A DNA stretch of 64,000 nt from Yuukianura sp. NJ FZ-2021 (taxonomy: Eukaryota), in contig JAJCTO010000013.1 of NCBI GenBank assembly GCA_046563655.1, forward strand, positions 1 through 64,000, read 5' to 3'. The translations under genes were made by a program, and so were the position numbers. Positions 1-9,035 of the stretch are shown here, piece by piece (position 1 is the stretch's first letter; each line of letters opens with the position of its first letter). Below the pieces are notes generated by a model that was given only the letters and a program-made list of their open reading frames with translations, did no database searches and was not told the DNA's origin.

Positions 1-2
1 GA

Positions 3-1013
3 AACCAATTGTGGGGAAGTGGAATTTTGGGGGGAACTGCCAAAAGTAACCGTAACGGAAGTTACGCCAGTGGGGATTAGGGTGTAGAGGAGTCCATAAC
101 CCGGGAAATTCGAGGGCAAAAGTGTGGAAAGGTTATGGGGTGAAGAAATGGTGATGGAGCTGCCGGAATTGGGGGAAACTACGTGGGAAGTGACAGATAG
201 CATGGGAGAAACAGAAGTAGAAGCCGAATTAGAGGAAGTGACTGTAGTTGGGGTAAAAACTGAAGTAGCTGGGGCAGGAATTGAACGAGATGTGGAAGGA
301 ATTGGGGGAAGTGAAGCAGAGGAAGTCGGAATTGGTGGGAAAAGTGGTTGTGGGCGAATTGGTGGGGCAAGTGGACGAATTGGTGGGTTGAGTGGACGTG
401 GGGGGTATGGAGTGGGGCGGGAACTGGAAGATCCAGCTTTGGGGAGTTTTGGTGGGCCATCAGGGAATTTCAAATCCATAAGGGAGGGAACTTTAGAGGC
501 CGCACCTCTCTTAAGGATTGAAGTGGGAACGGTTTTTGAGCCGCTAGGACGGGAATTGGGGTTCAAACAGGATTTGGGGGGAACAACGACGACAGATCGG
601 AGCTTTGGGGTTACAGAAGATGAGGGTGGGGCAGAAACCATCTCTTGGAGGCTACGAAGGGGACCGTGTGCTTGGGTAGAAGAGTGGGGCAGTAGTTGGG
701 GGGTCTTGGGGGGAGTCTTCGGAGGGGCAGGAGAATCCCAATCAACATCGGCAGCGTCCATTGGCGTCGGAGCAGCATTTTGAGCAGGAGTTGATGTAGA
801 CGGAGTTGGTAGTGGCGGAGAGACGACAACAACGGGTGCTGGAAGAGCTGGAGAGGCGATGACAGTGGACGGAGAGGAAGATGACGACGAATCCGAAGAG
901 GAAGGCGAATTCGGAGGTGGTGGAGAGGCTCGTAACAACGCTTCTTCTTCCTCTTTGGCCAAGTCAACTTCAGCAATGCCTTCTTCAGGCCCAAGGTCCA
1001 TCTCCTCGTCCAT
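3..1013 (-). CDS. ORF3 of the retroelement, at least 337 aa and open at the window edge; acidic N-terminus then Pro/Ser/Thr-rich; function unknown
   Basis: Manual translation from ATG 1013 (MDEEMDLGPEEGIAEVDLAKEEEEALLRASPPPPNSPSSS...SSPQNSTSPQLV) has no stop down to base 3. The ATG directly follows a splice acceptor, 33 nt after the pol stop. Absent from the ORF track, probably because it has no stop in the window. Confidence 0.7.
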   Translation of the reverse strand, partial: MDEEMDLGPEEGIAEVDLAKEEEEALLRASPPPPNSPSSSDSSSSSSPSTVIASPALPAPVVVVSPPLPTPSTSTPAQNAAPTPMDAADVDWDSPAPPKTPPKTPQLLPHSSTQAHGPLRSLQEMVSAPPSSSVTPKLRSVVVVPPKSCLNPNSRPSGSKTVPTSILKRGAASKVPSLMDLKFPDGPPKLPKAGSSSSRPTPYPPRPLNPPIRPLAPPIRPQPLFPPIPTSSASLPPIPSTSRSIPAPATSVFTPTTVTSSNSASTSVSPMLSVTSHVVSPNSGSSITISSPHNLSTLLPSNFPGYGLLYTLIPTGVTSVTVTFGSSPQNSTSPQLV

Positions 1014-1046
1014 CTGCAAATAAATAAAAGAACAGTATGAGTAAAA
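1014..1046 (-). promoter_or_regulatory. Putative 3' splice acceptor for a subgenomic ORF3 mRNA
   Basis: Minus strand reads TTTTACTCATACTGTTCTTTTATTTATTTGCAG|ATG: a branch-like TACTCAT, a pyrimidine tract and a terminal CAG. Confidence 0.65.
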
Positions 1047-4000
1047 TTACTCAGTCAGGTGTGCTTTGCGCTGGTATTTTCGCGCTAAACGGAAAGTAGC
1101 TTTAGGGGCAGCAGCGCGTTTTGGGCGATTAGAAATCGGGGGGTTCGTGTTGGCAGGGACACAAACAGCGGGATTTTCGCTAACGACAGGAGGCAGGGGA
1201 TCCTGCGCTTGCGCAATCGATGGAATTGGGATTTCTTGGTCACAACGCGATTCGGGACTTGGAATGACATTATCGGGAGGGTCAGAATTTTGGGGGAGGG
1301 GCGGGTTTGAAGTACTGGGGTCGTTTTGGGGCAATTGGTTCTGTCGTTGGGGTAACTTAATTTGGGTTTGGGGCAGGAAATTTCTGGCGACGGCTGGTTC
1401 GGAAACGACGGGAGGGGGCTCAAAATCGCTGTCACACGACTCGTAAGTGGAGGAACTACTTTCCGCTGACGCAGAGGAGCTTTCCTCACGCGCCTTATAG
1501 GGTTTTAAACGCTGGATATTGACAACTGTCTCGTAGGGCTTATGGGGGACAAGGGAAGTGATACGAACGGTGGAGTTTGCGTAGACTTCTAGGATTTTGT
1601 AGGGACCATTCCATTTGCGGGTGAACTTTTTGACATGGGACTTTTTCCTTTGGAAATTTCTGACAAGAACTTTCATCCCGACGACGTATTTAGGGTAGTG
1701 GACTTGCGTTTGGGCTTGCGCACGGAGGATTTGTTGTTCTCGAGACAGCTCGTGAGCGACATTATTTGCCTCAAATAAACGATCTAAGTAATCGTCTTGG
1801 GGTAACTCGTCAGGGGGCAAAAGGAAGAGCTTGTCAACAGGAAGAACAGGCTCACGACCGTAAACCAAGAAGTACGCAGAGAAAGTCGTAGTTTTGTGGA
1901 CGGAACAATTCAAGGAGAAGACGGCACGGGGAACGTGGAGGTCCCAATCTTTGTGATTGTCGGAAACAAATTTTGCTATGACGGACTTGACTGTGCCGTT
2001 ATGACGCTCACAAACGCCATTCGACTGGGGATGGTAGGAAGTCGTACTGCGGTGTTCAATGGCGTGGTGTTTACAGAACTCAGCGAATTCTTCCGACTGG
2101 AAAACCGAACCACGATCGGAGAGAAGGATTTTGGGGACTCCGTGTCGGTAGAGGACATGTTTCGTCAGGACCTTGATGGCGTGAGCAGAAGTTGCTGCGG
2201 GGACTGGCCAGGCTTCCACGTAGCGGGTGTGGAGGTCAACAATGGTCAAGATGTACGTGTTTCTTCTCGCCGTGAGGGGGAAGGGGCCAATGTAGTCCAG
2301 CGCTAGGGATTGGAAGGGGACAGAGGGAACGTCTAGTCCGACGCTATTTGGGGGTAGGGGGAAGTACCGACGATTGTGGATCTGGCATTCGTGACACGAA
2401 TTGACGTATTTTACAACGTCACGGTACATCCGAGGCCAGTAGAAGCGTGAACGGAGTATATGCCAAGTTTTGTGGAGTCCGAGGTGACTTAGGGAGTCTG
2501 TATGGGCCGATTCCATTGTGGATTTTCTAAGGGACTTAGGAAGAACTAAACGCCACAAGTTACCAAACTCGGAATAATTAATTCTGTATAAAACACCATT
2601 TCGTAGGCTATACTCACGTACGTGTTTCGGCTCTTTAAGGGAATGTTGTTTACCAGACTGCTCGGCTTTAAGATACTCGATTATCGGTGACCAATCCGGT
2701 TCTTTAAGTTGGAGCTCACGAAGTTTGGTGTCACGGACTCTTCGGGGGGCATCTGGGGAAACGTTGAGCGCCAACAAGTGGTGCTCAATCGCTAAATGGT
2801 CAGTGTCGGAAGGGGCAGGGTCAACGGGGTTACGGGAAAGGGGATCCGCGTCTGTGTGTACTCTTCCGTTTCTGTGTATCACCGTAAAGTCGTAAGGTTG
2901 GAGGGCTAGGGACCAACGGGATATTTGTCCGTACGGATCTTTAAATTTTAGCATGTTACAGAGGGAATGGTGGTCTGTAACAACTTTAAAGTGTCTTCCG
3001 TAGAGATAGGGACGGAACTTTTCAACTGCCCAAACGAACGCTTTCATTTCGAGCTGGGGAGTACCAAATTTGGATTCGGAGGGGGAAAGGGCACGGGACG
3101 CATAGGCGACAACTCTTTCTTGTCCATCTTGCATCTGGGTCAACGTAGCACCAAAACCAAGTCCTGACGCATCGCAATGAACTGCTGTCTCCGCTTCCTC
3201 ATCAGGAAACGCTAAGACAGGGGCTGAGGTCAACTTGTCTTTGAGGGTTTGGAAAGCTTCTTCAGCTTCTGGGGGCCAAGTAAAGGGGTCAGTTCGGGTT
3301 TTTGCGCAGAGGACATGGAGGGGACGGGCAATGTTCGCAAAGTTCTCTACAAATCTGCGGTAGTAACTACACAGACTCACGAATGATCTTACACCTCGGG
3401 AATTTTTGGGAGTGGGAAACTCTCGAACTGCGTGGGTTTTGGCGGGGTCAACGGAAATTCCGTCGCGGGAAATTATGTGGCCAAGGAATTTCAGGGAATC
3501 TTCTCCAAAATTGCACTTCTTCGGCTTTAGACTGAGTCCAGCACGTCGAAGGCAGGAGAAGACTTGGGAAAGGTGGTCAAGGTGCTCCTCAAATGTCCGG
3601 GAAAAACAGGTAATGTCGTCAAGGTAGATTAGGGCAACTGTCCATTTTAAACGTCCCAAGACATTGTCTATGAGACGCTGCCAAGTACTGGGGGCATTAC
3701 ACAGACCAAAGGGCATGACGACAAACTCATATTGTCCGTCGGGGGTTACAAAACTTGTCTTTTCGCGATCTTGGGGGTCAACCTCGATTTGGTAGTAGGC
3801 TTGGTCGCAGTCCATGGAAGAGAAGTACTTGGCGCCATTGAGACGATCTAGGGTGTCGTCTATTCGGGGGAGGGGGTAGGAGTCTTTTCGGGTAACTTCG
3901 TTAAGTTTTCGGAAATCCACGCAGAACCTCCAGCTATTGTCTGGCTTCTTAACCAGAAGGACGGGGGAACACCAGGGACTGTCACTAGGGGTTATCGCTC

Positions 4001-6257
4001 CAAGGTCTAGAAGTCTTTCAACTTCTTTCTGGATTTCACGTCTTTCAGTGAAACCAGTTCTGTGGGGATGGGTACGAATGGGAGGGGCATCTCCAGTGTC
4101 TATTTTGTGGGTAACAAGATGAGTTCGTCCTAGGGTTTTGGGGTCAAAGTTGAAAACATCCATGTTGGAAACAAGGAAATTTTTCATTTTCTCTTGCTGT
4201 TCGGGGGTTAGGGTTTTGGAAATTTGGAACGCATCGATCCGTTTTTGAAGTCTCAGAGCCGTTATTTCGGCATCGTCGTCATCATTGACGACAAAATTAC
4301 AAATCGAATGCGCTGGGAGGGAAGATTGGGAAGATTTGTTATGTACAGGGTCGAATTCGTCAAGGTTACAGATCACAGAGGATTCTGCAAAGGGTTCGAA
4401 GGTGCCAATGGAGATATTTTGTAGTAGTTTGACTGGCCGGTCGCTCAAGTTCCAGAGATAGGTGACTCCAGTGCCATCGTGTAAGTGGGAAATTGAATTT
4501 CCTATGGCGACGTGACGAGCATATTGCAGCTCTTTTCTCGGAGAAATTAGGATATCCCCGGTAAACGGAGTATCTGACCGAACGCTGACGCGTTTCATGG
4601 TCCGTGGATTGATGATATAGGAACGAGCCAACCGGAGAAAGTCAGGCGAAGTGGCACTTTGGGACAAATTGGAATTGTCAACGAAGGATGCTTCAGAGTC
4701 CTGTAGAGTACTGGGGTTGGAAGAATCGGAGTTTTCGGACGAACTCTGGGGTTTGGGCTGACACTTTGGAGACTGTTTGGGGGGTTTGGGCTTTACCTTT
4801 CTGGGTTTGGGGACTGGGGGTTCGGGGGGTGAACTGGAGGGATCTGAACCATCTCTATCCGACGGATCGGACAGAGACAGCTTGTGGAGGGCATTAAATT
4901 CGGACTTCTTGACTAGCACGTACTCATTTCTGAGATCAGTGCATTGGAGTTCACCTCTTACGAGGCGTTCGTTGAGGGGGTCGAGGAGAAGCCGCTCGGA
5001 ACGGAGAAAATCCGAACCGATGACTATGTCGTTAGACAAATGGGGGAAAATATGGAAGGGATATTTGAAGGGGACGCCAGCAATGGAGAATTCAATGTCG
5101 ACTGATTGGAGGGAATCGCATGGAATGTAACTTCCAAAAGACAGCTTAACCCTTACGGGTTGAACATTGTTCACATTGGAAACAACGCTGGGGAATTTGG
5201 ACAGAAAACTGGGATGGACACAACAGAGCGAAGCTCCGCTATCGCAAAGGACAGGGATGGTGGTTGAGGCAAAGACAACGTCAATGTGGAATGTGGAATA
5301 CTTTGGGGCATTGAGGGCGGCTATTACATTCGCGGCGGAAACACCACAGGGCAGTTCGGAGTCTGGGTCTGGGGACATTGGGGCTTGGGGCGGAAATACT
5401 GGGGAAACTGCGTCTGCGTCTGGACTGGCTGTAGCAACCCAATCATCAACTCGGCTCACATTGTTCGGATGGATCCCAAATCTGGAGGTCAACGAAAATT
5501 CGGGGCAGGGAGGGGGCATAACGACTGGGGGGTTCAATGGGGGGAAAACACAAAGGTCAGAAGTACCAATGGCTACGGAAACGACAGGCTTTACGGAAAC
5601 TTCGGAAGGCACACAACGGGATTTGGGTCTGGAAACGGCGGGAAAATCCTGTGGAGAGGTTTGAGGTGCCTCCCCAACGACTAAGGGTAAAGTACGGTCA
5701 TTGTGGGGACAACATTTGGGACAGGACACTTTTTGGTTTAGGGCTTGTTGGAGTTTGTTGTACAACTCTTGGGGAATGAGTGGACTCTGAGAACTAGGCT
5801 TTCTGCCAAAAGCCGACAAGTTCTTATAAATGGGGAAAGTTGGTTGTTTGTTTTTTCGTCTTTTGGTTCTTAATTGGGCATTATTTGGTGGTAAGGTCAT
5901 AGTAGGGGTGGGGACTGGAAGCGGCTGTCGTCCCTGCAACGACAGCGCTATTAGTTTTCCGGGGGTTTGGGAACGATGGCGTCTCCAATTTTCTTGAGTA
6001 GATCCGTCATGGCTGAAAAGCCTTGGATAATCCTGGGACCCCAATGGTCGTCTGGGTTCTGGGGGTTTGGAGCAGTTTGTGGGGCTTGGGAGGGTCCAGG
6101 GGATGGTTTGTAAACCACAGAAGTCTGGGGGGCAACAACCTGAGCATAGGACACAGGCTGCTGTGGGAACTGACCATAACCTTGCGGCTGTGTGGGACGG
6201 GGTTTGAGGGGGTGACATCCGTTGGCGAGGGGATCCTTGCCTTGGCTTCTCCACCAA
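1047..6257 (-). CDS. pol: Pol polyprotein (aspartic protease, reverse transcriptase, RNase H, DDE integrase); probably entered by -1 frameshift near 5957
   Basis: Protease LCDSGASL (~5235). RT WRFCVDFRKLN, MPFGLCNAP and YLDD (3615-3626). RNase H HCDASG..E..VVTDH..DADPLSR. Integrase H-H-C-C zinc motif, LALDYIGP / LLSDRG / SNGVCERHN triad and WNGPY. Uninterrupted 1736-codon frame. Confidence 0.97.
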   Translation of the reverse strand: MVEKPRQGSPRQRMSPPQTPSHTAARLWSVPTAACVLCSGCCPPDFCGLQTIPWTLPSPTNCSKPPEPRRPLGSQDYPRLFSHDGSTQENWRRHRSQTPGKLIALSLQGRQPLPVPTPTMTLPPNNAQLRTKRRKNKQPTFPIYKNLSAFGRKPSSQSPLIPQELYNKLQQALNQKVSCPKCCPHNDRTLPLVVGEAPQTSPQDFPAVSRPKSRCVPSEVSVKPVVSVAIGTSDLCVFPPLNPPVVMPPPCPEFSLTSRFGIHPNNVSRVDDWVATASPDADAVSPVFPPQAPMSPDPDSELPCGVSAANVIAALNAPKYSTFHIDVVFASTTIPVLCDSGASLCCVHPSFLSKFPSVVSNVNNVQPVRVKLSFGSYIPCDSLQSVDIEFSIAGVPFKYPFHIFPHLSNDIVIGSDFLRSERLLLDPLNERLVRGELQCTDLRNEYVLVKKSEFNALHKLSLSDPSDRDGSDPSSSPPEPPVPKPRKVKPKPPKQSPKCQPKPQSSSENSDSSNPSTLQDSEASFVDNSNLSQSATSPDFLRLARSYIINPRTMKRVSVRSDTPFTGDILISPRKELQYARHVAIGNSISHLHDGTGVTYLWNLSDRPVKLLQNISIGTFEPFAESSVICNLDEFDPVHNKSSQSSLPAHSICNFVVNDDDDAEITALRLQKRIDAFQISKTLTPEQQEKMKNFLVSNMDVFNFDPKTLGRTHLVTHKIDTGDAPPIRTHPHRTGFTERREIQKEVERLLDLGAITPSDSPWCSPVLLVKKPDNSWRFCVDFRKLNEVTRKDSYPLPRIDDTLDRLNGAKYFSSMDCDQAYYQIEVDPQDREKTSFVTPDGQYEFVVMPFGLCNAPSTWQRLIDNVLGRLKWTVALIYLDDITCFSRTFEEHLDHLSQVFSCLRRAGLSLKPKKCNFGEDSLKFLGHIISRDGISVDPAKTHAVREFPTPKNSRGVRSFVSLCSYYRRFVENFANIARPLHVLCAKTRTDPFTWPPEAEEAFQTLKDKLTSAPVLAFPDEEAETAVHCDASGLGFGATLTQMQDGQERVVAYASRALSPSESKFGTPQLEMKAFVWAVEKFRPYLYGRHFKVVTDHHSLCNMLKFKDPYGQISRWSLALQPYDFTVIHRNGRVHTDADPLSRNPVDPAPSDTDHLAIEHHLLALNVSPDAPRRVRDTKLRELQLKEPDWSPIIEYLKAEQSGKQHSLKEPKHVREYSLRNGVLYRINYSEFGNLWRLVLPKSLRKSTMESAHTDSLSHLGLHKTWHILRSRFYWPRMYRDVVKYVNSCHECQIHNRRYFPLPPNSVGLDVPSVPFQSLALDYIGPFPLTARRNTYILTIVDLHTRYVEAWPVPAATSAHAIKVLTKHVLYRHGVPKILLSDRGSVFQSEEFAEFCKHHAIEHRSTTSYHPQSNGVCERHNGTVKSVIAKFVSDNHKDWDLHVPRAVFSLNCSVHKTTTFSAYFLVYGREPVLPVDKLFLLPPDELPQDDYLDRLFEANNVAHELSREQQILRAQAQTQVHYPKYVVGMKVLVRNFQRKKSHVKKFTRKWNGPYKILEVYANSTVRITSLVPHKPYETVVNIQRLKPYKAREESSSASAESSSSTYESCDSDFEPPPVVSEPAVARNFLPQTQIKLPQRQNQLPQNDPSTSNPPLPQNSDPPDNVIPSPESRCDQEIPIPSIAQAQDPLPPVVSENPAVCVPANTNPPISNRPKRAAAPKATFRLARKYQRKAHLTE
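5920..5960 (-). promoter_or_regulatory. Putative -1 programmed ribosomal frameshift signal (slippery site plus stem-loop)
   Basis: G_GAA_AAC (5960-5954) lies immediately before the gag stop TAA and is followed by a GCTGTCGT/ACGACAGC stem with a 7-nt loop. Pol is in the -1 frame relative to gag. Confidence 0.65.
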
Positions 6258-7317
6258 TTGTGGCAGTAACGCTGGATATGGCCTGTGCGACTACAAAAGT
6301 CGCAAATCGGACGTCCATCTTCTGCACGTCTACGTTGTGGCTGTGTCTGTCCGGCTGCTTGTGCTGCGGGAAGTAGGGCTTGGGCTTGGTACTGAGAGAC
6401 TGGCTGCTGTACTGGGAACTGGGGAGCTGGTAGTGTACCAACTGGGGGGTAATAGGGCTGAGGAGGGGGATTATTTCCAGATTCAAGGGCATGGAGGGAA
6501 AGTACTTGGGATGATATGTCTTTGGGGCGGGTATGAACTTCTGCGACTCTGCGCAGAAGCTTTTGGAAATCAGCAGAAGTGGGAATCGACTGGAGTACGA
6601 AAGACTGTTCCAAGTCTGGGGGTAACCCACGAACGAGGCGCTTGACCTTGGATTCTTCGCTCATGTAGGGGTTGATTTTGGACATGAGTTCCAGTTTTTC
6701 TGCGACGTACTTGTCGATGTTGTCACCCAGTTTTACCGTAGGGCTTTGTTCATGTTACGGAGTTCTTCTGCTCGTTCTCGTAGGGAAAAGTGGGCAACAA
6801 ATCGGGTTTCGAAATCATTCCAAATTTCTTCGGCATCAGCGTTGGTAGCTTCCAGTCGTGCTCGAAAGCTTGGCCACACGGAGGCAAACCACGATTGAGC
6901 AACTCCGGTTACCACACGGTCGAAATGGCAAAGGGCTCCTTTGGGACCAAACCCAGAGTCGGCTAGATCGTACATGTAGCGGGCTAGGAATTCTGCGGGA
7001 TCTGTCGTGCCATCGTATTGTCGGATGTATTTGAATACTTTGATGTCAGGGCGACGATCGTTTGGATTGGGCTGAGCTTGGGTTTGGGGCGGGGGTACTA
7101 TGTGTGGTACATTGGGGGGACTTCCTGCTGGTCTTGGGGACGCAAGTGGGGTAGGGGTTACTGGACGGGGAATACTCGTGGGAACAGGGATTGAAGTACC
7201 CTGGGTAGCAGGGGCTGGGACTGGAATGGGAAACGAGCCAGTGTTTGTTTGACTGTTTCGTCTTTGGTGGGGCTGGGGTGCAATCTCTGGGGCATAGCGC
7301 GTAGCGAACCACGGCAT
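5951..7317 (-). pseudogene. gag: gag of copy 1, split by a 1-nt deletion at ~6733 (real mutation or sequencing error)
   Basis: ORFs 6733-7317 and 5951-6685 match the two ends of the intact 455-aa Gag of copy 2. Copy 1 has cccagttttaccg where copies 2 and 3 have cccagtttgtaccg. CX2CX4HX4C knuckle CDFCSRTGHIQRYC. Confidence 0.9.
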
Positions 7318-7332
7318 TTTGAGGGGGGGGGG

Positions 7333-7707
7333 TTAATACTCGTCAATGACAAGCAATCCTTGGTAACGGGCAAAGATGACTAGGAGGGTTCTGTACCAGG
7401 GACCGAAGAAACTCCAATGGTAGTGGTTGAGCCGGACAATAAGGGCAATGTAGTAGTAGGCTTCGGTATAGGGTAGAACGTTAAGGAAGATCCGGTATTC
7501 GTTTGGGTGTTGTCGTAGCCGGTAAATGGGGAATAGGTGGAGTACGGAAAAGTCAAAGACTGTGGCTAGGATTCCGTAAAAACAACTTTTAGTTGCTGAG
7601 GTTAGGAGGTAGTAGGAGAAAACAATGAGATGAGCACCCAAATAGATGCCAATTAGGGACAGGACAAGGATTACGGATAGTCTCAACCAGTAGAGAAAGT
7701 TCCACAT
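7333..7707 (-). CDS. Leader small ORF, 124 aa, hydrophobic putative membrane protein
   Basis: ATG start, N-terminal hydrophobic stretch LSVILVLSLIGIYLGAHLIVFSYYLL, stop 15 nt before the gag ATG. Intact in all three copies. Confidence 0.55.
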   Translation of the reverse strand: MWNFLYWLRLSVILVLSLIGIYLGAHLIVFSYYLLTSATKSCFYGILATVFDFSVLHLFPIYRLRQHPNEYRIFLNVLPYTEAYYYIALIVRLNHYHWSFFGPWYRTLLVIFARYQGLLVIDEY

Positions 7708-7758
7708 GGGTGGGGGTTCAGGGGCGGGGGGTTTTCAACAGTTACTTGAAGTAACTTG

Positions 7759-7878
7759 CTATTGGGGGAACAGCCGTCTCAGTTGTCGGAGGAGGAATCG
7801 TTCCAAAATGGTTCGTAGGACTTCGTAGACGACAATGAGTACCAGGACCAGAGTTAGCCACACGATCGTTTCAATCAT
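7759..7878 (-). CDS. Leader small ORF, 39 aa, predicted single-pass membrane peptide with Arg-rich tail
   Basis: Manual translation MIETIVWLTLVLVLIVVYEVLRTILERFLLRQLRRLFPQ*. The ATG is 21 nt downstream of a CTAAT...TTTCAG acceptor. Confidence 0.55.
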   Translation of the reverse strand: MIETIVWLTLVLVLIVVYEVLRTILERFLLRQLRRLFPQ

Positions 7879-7899
7879 TCGGGGAGCGGGGATACTTTT

Positions 7900-7920
7900 C
7901 TGAAATATAGGGATAATTAG
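7900..7920 (-). promoter_or_regulatory. Putative splice acceptor in the retroelement leader
   Basis: Minus strand CTAATTATCCCTATATTTCAG|AAAAG (branch-like CTAAT plus TTTCAG), at the end of an AT-rich intron-like stretch. Confidence 0.5.
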
Positions 7921-8070
7921 AATATGGACAAAAAAATAATTGGTTTCTTAATTAGGGGACTAAATTATTTTTAAATTTAAATACCAAAACCTAGAAACAA
8001 AAGAAAAATTATTAAAGAAACGAAGATGGGCTATGGGGCTATGGTTTGTACCAAATTCCACCAAAACCTT

Positions 8071-8205
8071 TTAAATCCGATGAAGAATGAGCCAAAAACA
8101 CGCGAAAACCAAAAGTGCAGTAGTCACTTTGGCTAACGAGAGCCAAACCAACACACCGCAAAACCAAAGAAAGAATTCAACCAAAAGAGGGGAGGGTTGA
8201 ACCAT
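8071..8205 (-). CDS. Leader small ORF, 44 aa from ATG, very hydrophobic (tentative)
   Basis: MVQPSPLLVEFFLWFCGVLVWLSLAKVTTALLVFACFWLILHRI*. Intact in all copies, but lies in T-rich sequence that would bias codons toward hydrophobic residues. Confidence 0.3.
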   Translation of the reverse strand: MVQPSPLLVEFFLWFCGVLVWLSLAKVTTALLVFACFWLILHRI

Positions 8206-9035
8206 AACACACCGACTTTGGGAAAATTTGGGGTGGGTAGGGGCTTTCGGATTCAAAAATCCGAGAAATCCGAAGAATTCCGACGATTAGGTAGGGTACT
8301 GCAACGTGGGGATATGCGAAATCGCAATAGGGGAATTATCCGATGAGTCTGGGGAATGGTCGCACCTGGTTGCGTCCAAGTCGCAAGTGGCTGCGATCGG
8401 CGCCGACTGTGGAGTTGGATGTGGCAGTTGGGGGGATACTCGGTGGGACTAGGGAGATAAATCGCTAAGTGTTTTAGTTTTTGGGAAAATCGGGCAGCGT
8501 TTTGGTACGAAGTGAGGGAATTCCAAATTGGGTTATGTTTCAATAGGGGGGGGGGCGAAGGGGCGGAGAAACAAATTGAAAAACTTGCTAAGTTTTGGGA
8601 ATTGGGAAAAATTTGGGCAGAGTTCTGTTACGGGGTGAGGGAAAGCCAATTTAGGTACTGTTCAGTGGGGGGGAATACAAAATTTTTGAAAAATCGGCAA
8701 AGTATTTGAAATTTTAGAAAATTTTGGACAGGGGTTTGTTTAGGGATTTAGAATTTCAATTTAAGGTAAGGTTCAGGGAAGGGAAGGTCACTTGGAGGAG
8801 AGTAAATGACTTTATGTGGTAGTGGGACTACTTTTGGACTTTGGTGGGGCTGGTGGGGACGAAAAACGCTAAGTTTTTAAATTTTGAAAAAAATTTGCGC
8901 GGGGGAGGGTTAGGGAAAGCGATTTAGCGCAAAAAATGGGGTCACTTTAAGGGAGTAGGGGGATAAACGCCGGGGGGTGGGGCGCTACAACGCAACAAAA
9001 CAACAACCTGACCTTTGATTTGACCTTGGTGGCTC

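Noticed and set aside
124..6645. Plus-strand Gly/Glu-rich ORFs antisense to ORF3, pol and gag
   Set aside because: Shadow frames of C-rich, Pro-rich coding sequence on the minus strand.
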